From Aquificaceae bacterium (GTDB lineage Bacteria > Pseudomonadota > Gammaproteobacteria > Thiotrichales > Thiotrichaceae), in contig QOAQ01000051.1 in assembly GCA_003972955.1 (NCBI GenBank), positions 1-42,824 on the forward strand: a stretch of DNA of 42,824 bases, in the 5' to 3' direction. Positions 27,253-41,585 of the stretch are shown piece by piece. Position 1 is the first letter of the stretch. The number at the start of each line of letters is the position of its first letter. A program made the position numbers and the translations under genes. Under the pieces are notes generated by a model. That model was not told where the DNA came from. It saw only the letters and a list, made by a program, of their open reading frames with translations, and did no database searches.

Positions 27253-29606
27253 TAAACAGCACTAACTGCTATAGCCCCAAAACTTGAACCTAAACTTGAT
27301 GCAAGTTCTGTTCCTCCTAAAACCAACACACAATTTTCAGAGACATTATCATCTATTACTATTTTTGCCGTTGCTTCAGCAGTACCTTGAACAAGACGCA
27401 CGGTTGCGCTTGCTGACAAACCGAGTTTATCCACATCGCCTGAATTCATATACACTTCTGATTCTGTATCAGTGACATTCAAAGCCTTTGCTCTTCTTAC
27501 TAAACTATCACTTTTATAAGTGGATACTTCAGAAATACGTTGCACACCCGAATCTACGCTATGCTTTTGATAAATCTGCATCAGTTCATTACTATCTGTC
27601 TGTGTTATGCCGTCCATTTCTAGCTTTAATTCATCACGCACATCTTCAGAGGAAACATAATCGAAACCAGACACATTTAGCGCATTACCTAAGACACGTA
27701 AAATTTTCCATGTCGGACGCGCGTCTTCAGGTAGCTTACTTGCACCCATAAAGCTCTGCCAAGTACCTTCTGCATTAACAAACGTGCCCGATGTCTCCAA
27801 AGCTGTTGATGCTGGCAATAAAATATCAGCATAAGACTTCATTGCTTCACTAGCAAAAGGGGTAATTGCAATCACACATTCTGCTTGATTCATTGCTGAT
27901 AAAGCCAGTTGTGGGTCATCACAATCAAATTCCGGCTCAACATCTAACAAGATAAACATTTTCAGCTTAGACGTTAGCATTTCGCTACTATTCTTACCTG
28001 CTTGCTCTTGCTCAATCGCTTGTCCCGCTGATTGTCGATGCGGTACAGCTCCCGCCATCCAAGCACCGGCGGTATTTGCTGACTCAACTAACGAGCCAAT
28101 GGTTGCTCCTGTATTCTCGGCAATCACCATCGCTAACGCACGTAAAGCGGAATATTGGGGATGTGCTACGGCAATATTGCCTAATAATATAATCGCTTTG
28201 TCTGCCTGTTGTAAGCTTTCTGCGATTGCTTTTATTGAATCGCTTACCTCTACGCCCTTAACTAAATCTTCAACAGCACTTGGTATATCACCACTCGCCA
28301 CGGCTATCGCGGCGAGTTGCTCTAGCATTTCACTAGCATTACCAACTAACTGATTAGCCACATCATAATTAAAGTCATATCGACGGGGATTAACCGTCAT
28401 AATATCTGCACCCTTTAAAGCAGCTTTACGTAGGCGATGATTGATCATGGGTTGTTCTTGACGAACATTAGAGCCTATCAACAAAACAGCATTTTGCGCT
28501 TCTAATTCAGCAATAGAAATACCTAAAGAGGGAGCTATTGGTGCTACCCCTTGGTCATAAAAATCACTCTGGCGCAAACGGTGGTCAATATTATTAACAC
28601 CACATGCACGTAACATTTTTTGTAAGAGATATTGCTCTTCAAGTGTTGCACGTGGAGAAACTAACGCACCTAGTTGGCTAATATCGGTGGCTTTTATTCG
28701 CTCTGCCACCGCTTCAAGTGCATCACTCCATTCAACATCTCGCCAAACACCATCCTGTTTAATCATTGGCTTGAGCAAACGGTCTTCAGCATTTACCCCT
28801 TCATAGCTAAAACGGTCTCGGTCTGAAATCCAACATTCATTTACCGCCTCATTTTCTCTTGCGACAGTACGTACGACGTGTTGCCTAAAACTATGCACAT
28901 AAATATTTGAACCAACACTATCGTGTGAAGCGATTGATGGTGTTTGCACCACCTCCCAAGGACGTGCTTTATAGCGAGAAGGTTTAGCTGTCAAAGCACC
29001 AACGGGGCAAATATCAATAATATTACCCGATAGTTCCGATTGCAGACTTTGCTCAACAAATGTGCCTATTTCCATGCGGTCGCCACGACCAAGCGCACCC
29101 ATTTCTCGTAGCCCTGCAATTTCTTCACCAAAGCGCACACAACGGGTACATTGAATACAGCGTGTCATTTCGGTTGCAATTAATGAACCAATATCTTTAT
29201 CGACAACAACCCGCTTTATTTCTTTAAAGTTAGAAGAGCCACCACCTGACTTCACCGATAAATCTTGCAGTTCACACTCACCACCTTGATCACAAATAGG
29301 ACAGTCAAGCGGGTGATTAATCAGCAAGAATTCCATATTGTCTTTTTGTGCTGACAATGCTTTTTCAGAGCGAGTCCAAACTTTCATGCCATCATTAACA
29401 GGCGTAGCACAGGCTGGCATAGGTTTAGGAGCGCGTTCTACTTCCACTAAACACATGCGACAATTAGCTGCGATAGATAATTTTTTATGATAGCAAAAAC
29501 GCGGTATATGAATACCAGCATCATCAGCAGCCTCAATTAACATGGAGCCAGGTTTTGCCTGAATCTCCTGATCGTTAATTTTGATTGTGACTAACTCTTC
29601 ACTCAT
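27252..29606 (-). CDS. nuoG: NADH-quinone oxidoreductase subunit G
   Basis: 784 aa. N-terminal 2Fe-2S and 4Fe-4S motifs are CYHKKLSIAANCRMCLVEV, HPLDCPICDQGGECELQD and CIQCTRCVRF, followed by a molybdopterin-oxidoreductase-like domain. Confidence 0.94.
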   Translation of the reverse strand: MSEELVTIKINDQEIQAKPGSMLIEAADDAGIHIPRFCYHKKLSIAANCRMCLVEVERAPKPMPACATPVNDGMKVWTRSEKALSAQKDNMEFLLINHPLDCPICDQGGECELQDLSVKSGGGSSNFKEIKRVVVDKDIGSLIATEMTRCIQCTRCVRFGEEIAGLREMGALGRGDRMEIGTFVEQSLQSELSGNIIDICPVGALTAKPSRYKARPWEVVQTPSIASHDSVGSNIYVHSFRQHVVRTVARENEAVNECWISDRDRFSYEGVNAEDRLLKPMIKQDGVWRDVEWSDALEAVAERIKATDISQLGALVSPRATLEEQYLLQKMLRACGVNNIDHRLRQSDFYDQGVAPIAPSLGISIAELEAQNAVLLIGSNVRQEQPMINHRLRKAALKGADIMTVNPRRYDFNYDVANQLVGNASEMLEQLAAIAVASGDIPSAVEDLVKGVEVSDSIKAIAESLQQADKAIILLGNIAVAHPQYSALRALAMVIAENTGATIGSLVESANTAGAWMAGAVPHRQSAGQAIEQEQAGKNSSEMLTSKLKMFILLDVEPEFDCDDPQLALSAMNQAECVIAITPFASEAMKSYADILLPASTALETSGTFVNAEGTWQSFMGASKLPEDARPTWKILRVLGNALNVSGFDYVSSEDVRDELKLEMDGITQTDSNELMQIYQKHSVDSGVQRISEVSTYKSDSLVRRAKALNVTDTESEVYMNSGDVDKLGLSASATVRLVQGTAEATAKIVIDDNVSENCVLVLGGTELASSLGSSFGAIAVSAV

Positions 29607-29676
29607 GCTTCTATTACCTACTCAACCCTGATACTCATTAACTCAATCATCCGAAGTTTCGATGACTAAACGACAC

Positions 29677-30957
29677 TTACTTTGACTTCACCATTGAGCA
29701 ACCATGCTCAACGTAATATACAAATTCTTCTCTAAAATGCTGTATAAAACTCCATACAGGCATCGCTGCGGCTTCACCTAATGCACAGATAGTACGACCT
29801 TCAATTTTGTGCGCCACATCATCTAAGCGATCAATATCTTCCAGTGTGCCATTGCCTTCTACAATACGTGTCAACATACGGTACAACCACCCAGTCCCTT
29901 CTCGACATGGTGTACACTGACCACAAGACTCTGAAAAATAAAAGCGTGATATGCGTTGTAACAACTTCACCATATCGGTTGTATCGTCCATCACCATTAC
30001 CGCACCAGAACCGAGGTAAGACCCTGCTTTTGCAATGGTGTCGTAGTCCATGGTTAATTCCATCGCCACATCTGCTGGCATAACAGGAACGGAAGAACCA
30101 CCTGGTATAATGGCTTTAAGCTTACGCCCTTCACGCATCCCACCTGCTAAGGCTAATAACTCAGGGAATGGAATCCCCATAGGGACTTCAAAGTTACCTG
30201 GGTTTTGCAAATGTCCTGACATTGAAAACAACTTCTCACCGCCTGAACCTTCAACACCCAAATCCCTAAACCATTCACCACCATTACGCAAAATAACAGG
30301 GATGGAAGATAATGTTTCTGTGTTATTAATGGTTGTTGGGCGACCGTATAAACCAAAACTTGCGGGGAATGGCGGTTTAAAGCGTGGCTGACCTTTTTTA
30401 CCTTCAAGAGATTCTAATAAGGCAGTCTCTTCGCCACAGATATAAGCACCTGCACCTAAAGAACCGTACAAGTCAAAATCGACACCCGAACCTAAAATAT
30501 CTTTACCTAAAAAACCTGCTTCATAGGCTTCTTTGACGGCTTGCTCAAAACGAATAAATGGTTCATCCATAAACTCGCCACGCATGTAGTTATAACCAAC
30601 CGTTGCACCGATACAATAACCCGCAATCGCCATTCCTTCCACTAAGGCATGAGGATTAAAACGTAATAAATCACGATCTTTACAGGTACCAGGTTCAGAC
30701 TCATCTGAGTTGCAGACAATATATTTTTGCCCTGGCATTTTGCGTGGCATAAAACTCCACTTCATGCCCGTTGGAAAACCTGCACCACCACGACCACGTA
30801 GACCTGATATTTTTATTTCTTCAATAATATCGTCTGGGTCATCACTGTCTTTAAGGATTTTTTGCCACGACTGATAACCACCTTCTTTTAGATAATTTTC
30901 CAGTGTATGTGACTCATCACCATACTTTTTTGTTATGAAGCAAACTTGATCTACCAT
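29677..30957 (-). CDS. nuoF: NADH-quinone oxidoreductase subunit F
   Basis: 426 aa with the FMN/NADH site GRGGAGFPTGMKW, NSDESEPGTCKDR, and the 4Fe-4S motif ESCGQCTPCREG. Confidence 0.95.
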   Translation of the reverse strand: MVDQVCFITKKYGDESHTLENYLKEGGYQSWQKILKDSDDPDDIIEEIKISGLRGRGGAGFPTGMKWSFMPRKMPGQKYIVCNSDESEPGTCKDRDLLRFNPHALVEGMAIAGYCIGATVGYNYMRGEFMDEPFIRFEQAVKEAYEAGFLGKDILGSGVDFDLYGSLGAGAYICGEETALLESLEGKKGQPRFKPPFPASFGLYGRPTTINNTETLSSIPVILRNGGEWFRDLGVEGSGGEKLFSMSGHLQNPGNFEVPMGIPFPELLALAGGMREGRKLKAIIPGGSSVPVMPADVAMELTMDYDTIAKAGSYLGSGAVMVMDDTTDMVKLLQRISRFYFSESCGQCTPCREGTGWLYRMLTRIVEGNGTLEDIDRLDDVAHKIEGRTICALGEAAAMPVWSFIQHFREEFVYYVEHGCSMVKSK

Positions 30958-30962
30958 CGCAC

Positions 30963-31493
30963 CTACTCCAAACCATCCAAAATCTCATCAACTTTTTCCG
31001 TTGTAAGACCTTCATAATAAACATGATTTACTTGCATCATCGGCGCACCGCAACAAGCAGCTAAACACTCTTCTTCTACCTTAAAGAAAAATTTACCATC
31101 AGCCGTTGTTTCGCCCATTTTAATACCTAGCTTTGCTTCAATATGCTCAACAATTTCGTCTGAACCATTCAGCATGCAAGAAACATTAGTACAAACAGAA
31201 ATACTGTGTCGCCCTGCTGCTTTTTCATCTAGCTCATACATAGAGTAAAAACTAGCAACTTCATAAACTGCTATTTTAGGGATACTTAAATACGCCGCGA
31301 CTGCATCCATTTTTTCTCGTGAGATATAATGATCTTCGTGCATGACTGCACGCAAAGCCGCCAATAAAGCCGACTGTGATCTATCTTCAGGATAGCGTTT
31401 TAGCCATGAATTAATATCATCAATTTCATGTTGCGTAAGGAGTGACGCATCACCTGATGCTTTTCTCATATCATTTATAATGGTTTCACTCAT
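30963..31493 (-). CDS. nuoE: NADH-quinone oxidoreductase subunit E
   Basis: 176 aa with a thioredoxin-like 2Fe-2S motif ([11 protein letters not shown] … [14 protein letters not shown]). Confidence 0.93.
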   Translation of the reverse strand: MSETIINDMRKASGDASLLTQHEIDDINSWLKRYPEDRSQSALLAALRAVMHEDHYISREKMDAVAAYLSIPKIAVYEVASFYSMYELDEKAAGRHSISVCTNVSCMLNGSDEIVEHIEAKLGIKMGETTADGKFFFKVEEECLAACCGAPMMQVNHVYYEGLTTEKVDEILDGLE

Positions 31494-32743
31494 CGATCCA
31501 CCTCACCAAATACAATATCCATTGTGCCGATAATCGTAACGACATCTGCTAACATATGCCCTTTAGTTAACTCATCCATTGCAGACATATGGGCAAAACC
31601 AGGCGCGCGAATTTTTAAGCGATAAGGTTTGTTTGCACCATCGGAAACAATATAACAACCAAATTCACCTTTAGGGTGTTCTACCGCCGCGTAAGCTTCG
31701 CCTTCTGGTAAACAATAACCTTCTGTTGATAATTTAAAGTGATGAATTAACGCTTCCATATCTGACTTCATTGACGCTCTTGGTGGCGGTGCTACTTTAT
31801 AGTCATCAAGAATAACAGGACCTGGATTCTTGCCCAGCCAATCAACACATTGTTTAATGATTTTATTGGACTGGCGCATTTCTTCGATACGTACTAAATA
31901 ACGGTCATAACTATCGCCATTGACACCCACTGGAATATCAAAATCTAACTTATCATAGACTTCATAAGGTTGTTTTCTGCGTAAGTCCCACTCAACCCCT
32001 GAACCACGCAACATCGCACCTGTTAAACCTAACTGCAACGCACGTTCAGGAGAGACAATACCCACATCTACTAAACGTTGTTTCCAGATACGATTATCTG
32101 TCAGTAGAGTTTCATACTCATCAACATAGCCAAGGAAACGTGCCGTAAAATCATCAAGAAAATCGAGAACCGTTCCACCACGATTTGCATTTAAGCGCTT
32201 AATGTCGGCATCACTATTCCAGCGAGACTTTTCATACTGTGGCATGACATCAGGAAGGTCGCGGTAGACACCACCAGGACGATAATAGGTGGCATGTAAA
32301 CGTGCGCCTGAAACCGCCTCGTAAACATCCATTAAGTCTTCACGCTCACGAAATGCATAGAGAAACATGGTCATCGCACCAACGTCTAGCGCATGTGCCC
32401 CGATCCATAATAAATGGTTAAGAATACGTGTGATTTCATCAAACATGACGCGAATATACTGAGCACGAATAGGGGCTTCGATATTTAGCATTTTCTCAAG
32501 TGCTAATACATAGCCATGCTCGTTACACATCATCGAGACATAATCGAGCCGATCCATATAGCCAATACTTTGGTTATACGGCTTACTTTCAGCTAGTTTT
32601 TCAGTACCTCGATGCAGTAAACCAATGTGTGGGTCTGCACGCTGAATCACTTCACCATCCATTTCTAGCACTAGGCGTAACACACCATGTGCGGCAGGAT
32701 GGACGGGACCAAAGTTTAAAGTAAAATTACGAATTTCAGGCAT
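31490..32743 (-). CDS. nuoD: NADH-quinone oxidoreductase subunit D
   Basis: 417 aa with [22 protein letters not shown] and a C-terminal DIVFGEVDR. An ATGA overlap links it to nuoE. Confidence 0.95.
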   Translation of the reverse strand: MPEIRNFTLNFGPVHPAAHGVLRLVLEMDGEVIQRADPHIGLLHRGTEKLAESKPYNQSIGYMDRLDYVSMMCNEHGYVLALEKMLNIEAPIRAQYIRVMFDEITRILNHLLWIGAHALDVGAMTMFLYAFREREDLMDVYEAVSGARLHATYYRPGGVYRDLPDVMPQYEKSRWNSDADIKRLNANRGGTVLDFLDDFTARFLGYVDEYETLLTDNRIWKQRLVDVGIVSPERALQLGLTGAMLRGSGVEWDLRRKQPYEVYDKLDFDIPVGVNGDSYDRYLVRIEEMRQSNKIIKQCVDWLGKNPGPVILDDYKVAPPPRASMKSDMEALIHHFKLSTEGYCLPEGEAYAAVEHPKGEFGCYIVSDGANKPYRLKIRAPGFAHMSAMDELTKGHMLADVVTIIGTMDIVFGEVDR

Positions 32744-33462
32744 TAATCATCCGCCTCTGTTACATCTCTTGTACCTTCCGATGCGCGAATCACACGTGGT
32801 ACTAAAACACGGGGTTCAATAGAGACAGGCTCATATACAACACGTTTTAATGCTTCGTCGTAGCGCATTTCGACCTGACCTATCAAGGGGAAGTCTTTTC
32901 TAAAAGGATGACCCACAAAACCGTAGTCCGTTAATATACGACGTAGATCGGGATGGTTAACAAAAATAATACCAAACAAATCAAACGCTTCTCTTTCAAA
33001 CCAATTTGCTACATTCCATACGGAGTGGACAGAGTCCATCATCGGCATGTCATTGTCATCACAAAATATTTTTAGACGTAGACGTTTATTATTTTTTACC
33101 GAGAGCAAATGAATCACGACGGCGTAACGTCTGCCCGCTTCAATATCACTACTCGCATCTTTATCTGGCTTTGCATCAAAGTTAAATAAATCGTCTTTAT
33201 TTTTTACGCCACGGCTAAACCCTGATACATCGGCATCCCATTCTGATTCACCATAGCTTAGGTAATCAACAGCACAAAGGTCGATTAATTGATCGAAGCC
33301 ATGCGTGTCTCGTAACTGCATGGCGACATCGACTAAATTTTCTGCTGATACTTCAACCGTGAGTTCATTGAATGCAATGGTAGAATTTTGCACTTTATCT
33401 TCTAGAGATGATGATATCTCAGCCTGCAAAGCTTCTATCATAGGGGATGTACTATTACCCAT
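32743..33462 (-). CDS. nuoC: NADH-quinone oxidoreductase subunit C
   Basis: 239 aa with [25 protein letters not shown]. It is separate from nuoD, not fused. Confidence 0.92.
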   Translation of the reverse strand: MGNSTSPMIEALQAEISSSLEDKVQNSTIAFNELTVEVSAENLVDVAMQLRDTHGFDQLIDLCAVDYLSYGESEWDADVSGFSRGVKNKDDLFNFDAKPDKDASSDIEAGRRYAVVIHLLSVKNNKRLRLKIFCDDNDMPMMDSVHSVWNVANWFEREAFDLFGIIFVNHPDLRRILTDYGFVGHPFRKDFPLIGQVEMRYDEALKRVVYEPVSIEPRVLVPRVIRASEGTRDVTEADD

Positions 33463-33977
33463 TACGCTTCCACCTTGCGAAATATTGTATTGGTACGCTT
33501 GATTTTATTCTGCAACTGAATGATGCCATACAGCAATGCTTCGGCAGTTGGAGGACAGCCTGGCACATAGATATCGACAGGAATAATGCGATCACAACCA
33601 CGAACAACGGCATAGGAGTAGTGATAGTAACCACCACCATTTGCACATGACCCCATAGAAATCACCCAACGCGGCTCTGCCATTTGGTCATACGCTTTAC
33701 GCAGTGCAGGTGCCATTTTATTAGTGAGTGTGCCAGCAACAATCATCACATCGGCTTGACGAGGGCTTGGGCGAAACAAAACGCCGAAACGATCCATATC
33801 GTAACGTGCCGCTCCTGCTTGCATCATCTCAACCGCACAACAGGCTAAACCAAAGGTCATCGGCCAAAGTGAACCAGTACGCGCCCAATTTACGAGCTTA
33901 TCGGCTGAGGTGGTAAGAAAACCTGCTTCTTGAGTGCTATTCGCTTCTATTCCCATTCCAAAGCTCCTTTTTTCCAC
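33462..33977 (-). CDS. nuoB: NADH-quinone oxidoreductase subunit B
   Basis: 171 aa with [27 protein letters not shown] and [11 protein letters not shown]. The start may be the internal ATG at 33956. It overlaps the nuoA 3' end. Confidence 0.94.
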   Translation of the reverse strand: MEKRSFGMGIEANSTQEAGFLTTSADKLVNWARTGSLWPMTFGLACCAVEMMQAGAARYDMDRFGVLFRPSPRQADVMIVAGTLTNKMAPALRKAYDQMAEPRWVISMGSCANGGGYYHYSYAVVRGCDRIIPVDIYVPGCPPTAEALLYGIIQLQNKIKRTNTIFRKVEA

Positions 33978-34309
33978 TCATAGATAAACCCAATTATTAG
34001 AATCCCCAAGAAAATAGCCATTGCAACCAAACCAAACACACCGATTTTATTTAGAACGATTGCCCATGGAAAAAGAAACGCAATTTCCAAGTCAAAAATA
34101 ATAAATAGAATAGCAACAAGGTAGTAACGTACATCGAATTTCATGCGCGCATCTTCAAACGCCTCGAAACCACATTCAAAGGGTGAGTCTTTTGCTTCAT
34201 CGGGCTTGCGGGTACTTAATAAAGCACCGAGCAAGAGCAATATCATTGCAAGACCAAAACCAACCCCTAAAAAAACGAGAATGGGCAAATACGCTTCTAG
34301 CATCGACAT
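33947..34309 (-). CDS. nuoA: NADH-quinone oxidoreductase subunit A
   Basis: 120 aa with three TM segments and the motif [41 protein letters not shown]. First gene of the cluster. Confidence 0.93.
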   Translation of the reverse strand: MSMLEAYLPILVFLGVGFGLAMILLLLGALLSTRKPDEAKDSPFECGFEAFEDARMKFDVRYYLVAILFIIFDLEIAFLFPWAIVLNKIGVFGLVAMAIFLGILIIGFIYEWKKGALEWE

Positions 34310-34387
34310 AATTTCGTATAACCACCTAAGACGTAGATCTATTTATTTCATCACACAACAAATAGATCAAACTGTAATATTGTAAAC

Positions 34388-34416
34388 ATTATATTGATTA
34401 TAAAACAAACAATCAA
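34388..34416 (-). promoter_or_regulatory. Candidate sigma70 promoter for the nuo operon (-35 TTGATT, 17-bp spacer, -10 TATAAT)
   Basis: On the minus strand, TATAAT lies at 34393-34388 and TTGATT at 34416-34411, about 78 nt upstream of the nuoA ATG. The background is very AT-rich, so such hexamers arise easily by chance. Confidence 0.25.
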
Positions 34417-34754
34417 AAACCACTTCATACACTTAATAATTTTTATTAAGAGGCTGAATATACACTTAATTCCAACTAAAACTCAAGAAAGACATCTTAC
34501 ATTTTTCTTCTTTTTTATATTGACAATCTTAATTTTATTATTATTAAAATCAATAAGTTCACATATAAAGCCAACCCAAACCTTCAAAATCATAAAACAC
34601 CAATGCTTTATTTTTAGCTTAAAATACAATCAGTTATTCAGCATTCCTTATCTAATAAATTTTACTAATCATTCTTCATAAACAGTATTTAGAAGCACAA
34701 AAAAAACAGTCAAGCTTGTAAATCTAACTAATGAGGGTATTAAAAAATAAAAAC

Positions 34755-35273
34755 CTAAGACTTACTATATTTCAAACGTAGCAATATTAAACGCACTGCC
34801 TCTTCACGTAATGATTGTAAAATACGACGTTCTTCTTCTGCTTTTCCAAGGACAAAATTAACATCATAAATTAAGGTTTTATCCAAATTAATCCGACGAC
34901 TTTTCAATACTTTTCCAGAACGTTCAAGCTGATAACGAAGGCGTAAAAAAACCATATATTCTCGTGCAACTCTGTTTTCAGTATAAGCAATGATTTTTTT
35001 ACCTTCTTTTAAAGCACTCACTCGCACAATAGTATTTGCCTTAGGAGGAGGCACAATCTTCCCTCCTGCGGCTACAACAGCCTGCTCTAAAGCAAGATAA
35101 ATTTTTGATTCTGGAGCAATACCCGTTATTGCAATTGTGTCATAACCAGCAGATAGACTCGCACTATGACGCAAATGAAAACTAGCACCAGAACAAGAGG
35201 ATAAAAAGATCATTATCCATACTATGTAGGATATTTTGAGTCCAATTTTATATCTCTCACTACTAGCTAACAT
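34755..35273 (-). CDS. lptE: LPS-assembly lipoprotein LptE
   Basis: 172 aa with the lipobox IFLSSC|SG. It sits immediately downstream of leuS, the canonical leuS-lptE arrangement. Confidence 0.8.
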   Translation of the reverse strand: MLASSERYKIGLKISYIVWIMIFLSSCSGASFHLRHSASLSAGYDTIAITGIAPESKIYLALEQAVVAAGGKIVPPPKANTIVRVSALKEGKKIIAYTENRVAREYMVFLRLRYQLERSGKVLKSRRINLDKTLIYDVNFVLGKAEEERRILQSLREEAVRLILLRLKYSKS

Positions 35274-35307
35274 TTGTCTATACCATTTATATTAAGCATC
35301 GGTATTT

Positions 35308-38013
<2,706 letters not shown>

Positions 38014-38069
38014 TTAATATTCGCATAATCTCCCCACATTGGAGTATTCTCCACCCCCATTCACCTCCT

Positions 38070-38522
38070 ATGACAATGAAGGTAACAATGAATATTCAAG
38101 ATAAATTTAAAAAAATAACAACAGAACATGAAGAGTCACTTCTGTTTGCTGAAAAAATTTTAAAAATAGCAGAAAGCGATGATAAGGATGAACTGCTTGC
38201 AGGCATTGAAATAATTAAAAAATACTATGCTGATGAACTAGAATTACACTTTCAACATGAAGAAAGAACTATTTTTGCGCCACTTTACAAAGAATACAGA
38301 GAGCATATAGGAGTAGCACCCGCTTTATTAAAAGAACATGGGTTTCTTCGCTTACTCGTTGATCGTATTGAACTATCCAGCGCCAAAAAAGATTTAAATG
38401 ATTTTGCACTTGTGCTGAGAGACCATACCTTAGTTGAAGACAAAGAGTTATTTCCACTTATTGAAAAACTTTTTACTGAAAAGCAACTTGAGGCAATCGC
38501 TACTTATACACCTGCTGATTAA
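38070..38522 (+). CDS. Hemerythrin-like (HHE cation-binding) domain protein
   Basis: 150 aa with spaced His/Glu ligand candidates HFQHEERTIF, LKEHGF and LRDHTLVEDKELFP. The start could be any of three closely spaced ATGs. Confidence 0.55.
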   Translation: MTMKVTMNIQDKFKKITTEHEESLLFAEKILKIAESDDKDELLAGIEIIKKYYADELELHFQHEERTIFAPLYKEYREHIGVAPALLKEHGFLRLLVDRIELSSAKKDLNDFALVLRDHTLVEDKELFPLIEKLFTEKQLEAIATYTPAD

Positions 38523-38536
38523 TACCCCTCCATATA

Positions 38537-38575
38537 CAAAAAGCCCTGCTAACATCTCTGATAACAGGGCTTTTT
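38537..38575. terminator. Bidirectional rho-independent terminator between the hemerythrin-like gene (+) and clpA (-)
   Basis: AAAAAGCCCTG-(16-nt loop)-CAGGGCTTTTT: a GC-rich stem with an A-run and a T-run on either side. Confidence 0.75.
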
Positions 38576-38604
38576 AATGTATCAACAGTTAGGACACTAA
38601 GATT

Positions 38605-40890
38605 CTATGCTGGCACCGCTTTCTCGCCATACGCCAAAGTGATTTCTCCCGATTTTTCACTAATACGTACCGTTCCGCCCTTGCTCAACTTACCAAACAA
38701 TAACTCATCAGCAAGTGGGCGTTTAATTTTTTCTTGTATCAAACGCTCCATAGGACGTGCGCCCATTTTAACATCATAACCTTCTTTAGCTAACCAGCGC
38801 TTTGCTTTGTCATCCACTATTAAGGTTACATTTTTATCAATTAACTGTGCTTCAAGACGGATTAGGAATTTATCTACAATTGAGACGATCACCTTAGGAA
38901 TTAACGCACCAAACTGAATAACTGCATCTAAACGATTTCTAAATTCAGGTGTAAAGGCTAACTCTATTGCTTTACCTATATCAGAAGTATGATCTTGCTT
39001 GGTGAAACCTAGAGAACTACGGTTAATATCGTGAGCACCCGCATTACTGGTCATAATTAAAATAACATTACGAAAATCAACTTTACGACCATTGCTATCC
39101 GTGAGGCTACCGTTATCCATCACCTGCAATAAGATATTAAACACATCAGGATGCGCCTTCTCTATTTCATCTAGTAACAGCACAGCATGAGGATTTTTAT
39201 TAACCGCATCTGTTAACAAACCACCTTCATCAAAGCCGACATATCCTGGAGGCGCACCAATCAAACGTGAAACCGTATGACGCTCCATATATTCAGACAT
39301 ATCAAAACGTAGTAACTCAATTCCTAAATGCTCAGATAACTGCTTGGCAACTTCTGTTTTACCCACACCTGTTGGACCTGCAAACAAGAATGAACCAATG
39401 GTTTTTCCGTCTTCACGCAAACCAGAACGAGCCATCTTAATTGATGTTACTAATTGAGCAATTGCATCATCTTGACCAAATACAACACGCTTCAAACTAC
39501 TGTCTAGCTTCTTTAAAACAGCCATATCGGAAGATGATACTGTTTTAGGCGGAATACGTGCCATTTTAGCGATAATATCTTCTACATCACCGACGGATAT
39601 CGTCTTTTTACGCGATGATTTTGGCTCTAACTGACGACGCGCACCTGCCTCGTCAATAACATCAATTGCCTTATCAGGTAAGTGACGATCTGTTATATAA
39701 CGCGCTGAAAGCTTTGCCGCAGACTCTAAGGCTGGTAGTGTATATTTTACATTATGATATTTTTCATAATGCGTTTTTAAACCTTTCAATATTTGAATCG
39801 TTTCAGACACGCTTGGCTCATTAATATCAATTTTTTGAAAACGACGCGCTAAAGCACGATCTTTTTCAAAAATACTATGATATTCCTGATACGTTGTGGA
39901 GCCCATACACTTTAACTCACCTGAAGCTAACATGGGTTTGATAAGGTTTGAGGCATCCATTGTACCGCCTGAAGTAGCTCCTGCTCCTATAATAATATGT
40001 ATCTCATCGATAAACAGTACGGCATGCTCTTCATTTTTAATCTGATTCAAGACTGCTTTTAATCGTTTCTCAAAGTCACCACGATATTTCGTCCCTGCAA
40101 CCAAAGCACCTAGATCCAAAGAATAAATAGTTGCACTTTCCAACACTTCGGGAACTTCTTTATCAACAATACGTTTTGCCAAACCTTCTGCAATGGCTGT
40201 TTTACCAACGCCGGCCTCGCCAACTAATAAAGGATTGTTTTTGCGACGACGACAAAGCACTTGTACAGCACGTTCAATTTCACTATCACGACCAATTAAA
40301 GGATCTATTTTACCTGCTTCAGCTTGCTCATTTAAGTTTTCAGCAAAACGCTGTAAGGGCGTTTCAGCAGGAGCTTCTTCCTCTTCAACAAGAGAAATAT
40401 CATCTGGCATCTCAGGATCATCATCCATCATGAATTCACCTAGCGACATTTCATCATCTGCTTTGTGAATACCATGAGAGACATAATTCACTAAATCTAA
40501 ACGTGTCATATTTTGACGAGATAAATAGTAAACGGCATGGGATTCTGGCTCACCAAAAATGGCTACTAAGATATTTTCCCCTGTCACCTCATCTTTTCCT
40601 GATGCTTGAACATGATAAACAGAACGCTGTATAACACGCTGGAAACCCAAAGTTGGCTGTGTATCACGCTCGTCCTCTTCAACTAAAACAGGCGTGCTTT
40701 CTTCAATAAAGCTTTCTAACTCTGTTTGTAACACAGGAATATCAATACCACAGGCACGCAACGCTTCTGCCGCAGTAGGGTTAGTTGTCATCGCTAATAG
40801 CAGATGCTCAACAGTAACAAATTCATGACTTTTATCACGTGCTTCGGTAAACAGGCGATTAATAGAATATTCGACTTCTGCACTTAACAT
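38605..40890 (-). CDS. clpA: ATP-dependent Clp protease ATP-binding subunit ClpA
   Basis: The start is placed at ATG 40890 ([34 protein letters not shown], the canonical ClpA N-domain), 4 nt after the clpS stop. The 45-codon upstream extension in the ORF track overlaps clpS and looks spurious. Two AAA+ Walker A motifs are present ([18 protein letters not shown]). Confidence 0.94.
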   Translation of the reverse strand: MLSAEVEYSINRLFTEARDKSHEFVTVEHLLLAMTTNPTAAEALRACGIDIPVLQTELESFIEESTPVLVEEDERDTQPTLGFQRVIQRSVYHVQASGKDEVTGENILVAIFGEPESHAVYYLSRQNMTRLDLVNYVSHGIHKADDEMSLGEFMMDDDPEMPDDISLVEEEEAPAETPLQRFAENLNEQAEAGKIDPLIGRDSEIERAVQVLCRRRKNNPLLVGEAGVGKTAIAEGLAKRIVDKEVPEVLESATIYSLDLGALVAGTKYRGDFEKRLKAVLNQIKNEEHAVLFIDEIHIIIGAGATSGGTMDASNLIKPMLASGELKCMGSTTYQEYHSIFEKDRALARRFQKIDINEPSVSETIQILKGLKTHYEKYHNVKYTLPALESAAKLSARYITDRHLPDKAIDVIDEAGARRQLEPKSSRKKTISVGDVEDIIAKMARIPPKTVSSSDMAVLKKLDSSLKRVVFGQDDAIAQLVTSIKMARSGLREDGKTIGSFLFAGPTGVGKTEVAKQLSEHLGIELLRFDMSEYMERHTVSRLIGAPPGYVGFDEGGLLTDAVNKNPHAVLLLDEIEKAHPDVFNILLQVMDNGSLTDSNGRKVDFRNVILIMTSNAGAHDINRSSLGFTKQDHTSDIGKAIELAFTPEFRNRLDAVIQFGALIPKVIVSIVDKFLIRLEAQLIDKNVTLIVDDKAKRWLAKEGYDVKMGARPMERLIQEKIKRPLADELLFGKLSKGGTVRISEKSGEITLAYGEKAVPA

Positions 40891-40894
40891 TTTC

Positions 40895-41215
40895 TTACGC
40901 CTCTTCCATAGTACATAACAACGGGTGCTGACACTCACGCGCGTAATCGTTAACAAGATCAACTTTTGTCTCAGCAATCTCTTTGGTATAAGTGCCACAC
41001 ACACCTTTACCCTTTGTATGAACACTTAACATTACACGGGTTGCACCTTCTTGATTTAATCCAAAAAAACTTTGTAATACTTCAACGACAAACTCCATCG
41101 GAGTAAAATCATCGTTTAATAGTATAACCTTATATCGTGCGGGTTCTTTAACTTTTGGACGGGATTCTTCTACCGCCAAACCTAAATCGTGATCTGACTC
41201 ATGCGAATTAGCCAT
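40895..41215 (-). CDS. clpS: ATP-dependent Clp protease adaptor ClpS
   Basis: 106 aa with [24 protein letters not shown] and H..G..VCG motifs. It lies directly upstream of clpA. Confidence 0.93.
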   Translation of the reverse strand: MANSHESDHDLGLAVEESRPKVKEPARYKVILLNDDFTPMEFVVEVLQSFFGLNQEGATRVMLSVHTKGKGVCGTYTKEIAETKVDLVNDYARECQHPLLCTMEEA

Positions 41216-41251
41216 AAATATTCTTATCTGCCTTACTTTTACTTTTATGAA

Positions 41252-41278
41252 AATATTTGATTAGAGTAATCAAATATT
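41252..41278. promoter_or_regulatory. Perfect 12-bp inverted repeat AATATTTGATTA-gag-TAATCAAATATT upstream of clpS (operator-like or 5'-UTR hairpin)
   Basis: Read directly. It lies 37-63 nt upstream of the clpS ATG (41215). Confidence 0.4.
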
Positions 41279-41585
41279 ATTTTTACTGACAAAACAGCAA
41301 ACCATACAAACAATTACTCTCTAGATGCTACCTGAGTATTTATCAATTTCTTTACCAATTATAATGACTATTAGACTCATTCTATGGCAAATAAAACTAT
41401 ACTATCAGATAAATATAATGATAGGGGGCTATACCTATAAAACAAGGTGATATCTACCAAATACTGCTATAGTTACCGATTATTAAGGAATATCTAATTT
41501 ACTTGTATTCAAACAAGCTTTTCTTATAAAAATAAGTAAGAAACCATCCCTTTTAACTAAATTATAGCAAGGAAAATCATAAGCA

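Noticed and set aside
30050-30391. 113-aa ORF antisense to nuoF, and similar antisense ORFs within nuoG, nuoH, nuoL, nuoB, leuS, clpA, parE, pgi and the PfkB gene
   Set aside because: These are shadow ORFs opposite strongly supported conserved genes. They have no motifs and their composition is dictated by the sense strand.
32743-33462. Apparent ~40-aa insertion in NuoC (…[34 protein letters not shown]…) relative to short NuoC proteins
   Set aside because: I recall the same EWD…GFSRGV insertion in NuoC of other gammaproteobacteria with unfused nuoC. That makes it a lineage trait rather than a novelty.
34394-34681. 95-aa plus-strand ORF in the nuoA upstream region
   Set aside because: The translation is low-complexity and Ile/Phe/Leu/Lys-rich, as expected from AT-rich non-coding DNA. 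It uses a non-ATG start (TTG), and there is no ribosome-binding site or recognisable motif.
40891-41025. 45-codon N-terminal extension of the clpA ORF ([10 protein letters not shown]…) in the ORF track
   Set aside because: It overlaps the clpS coding region in another frame. The canonical ClpA N-terminus begins at ATG 40890, right after the clpS stop.
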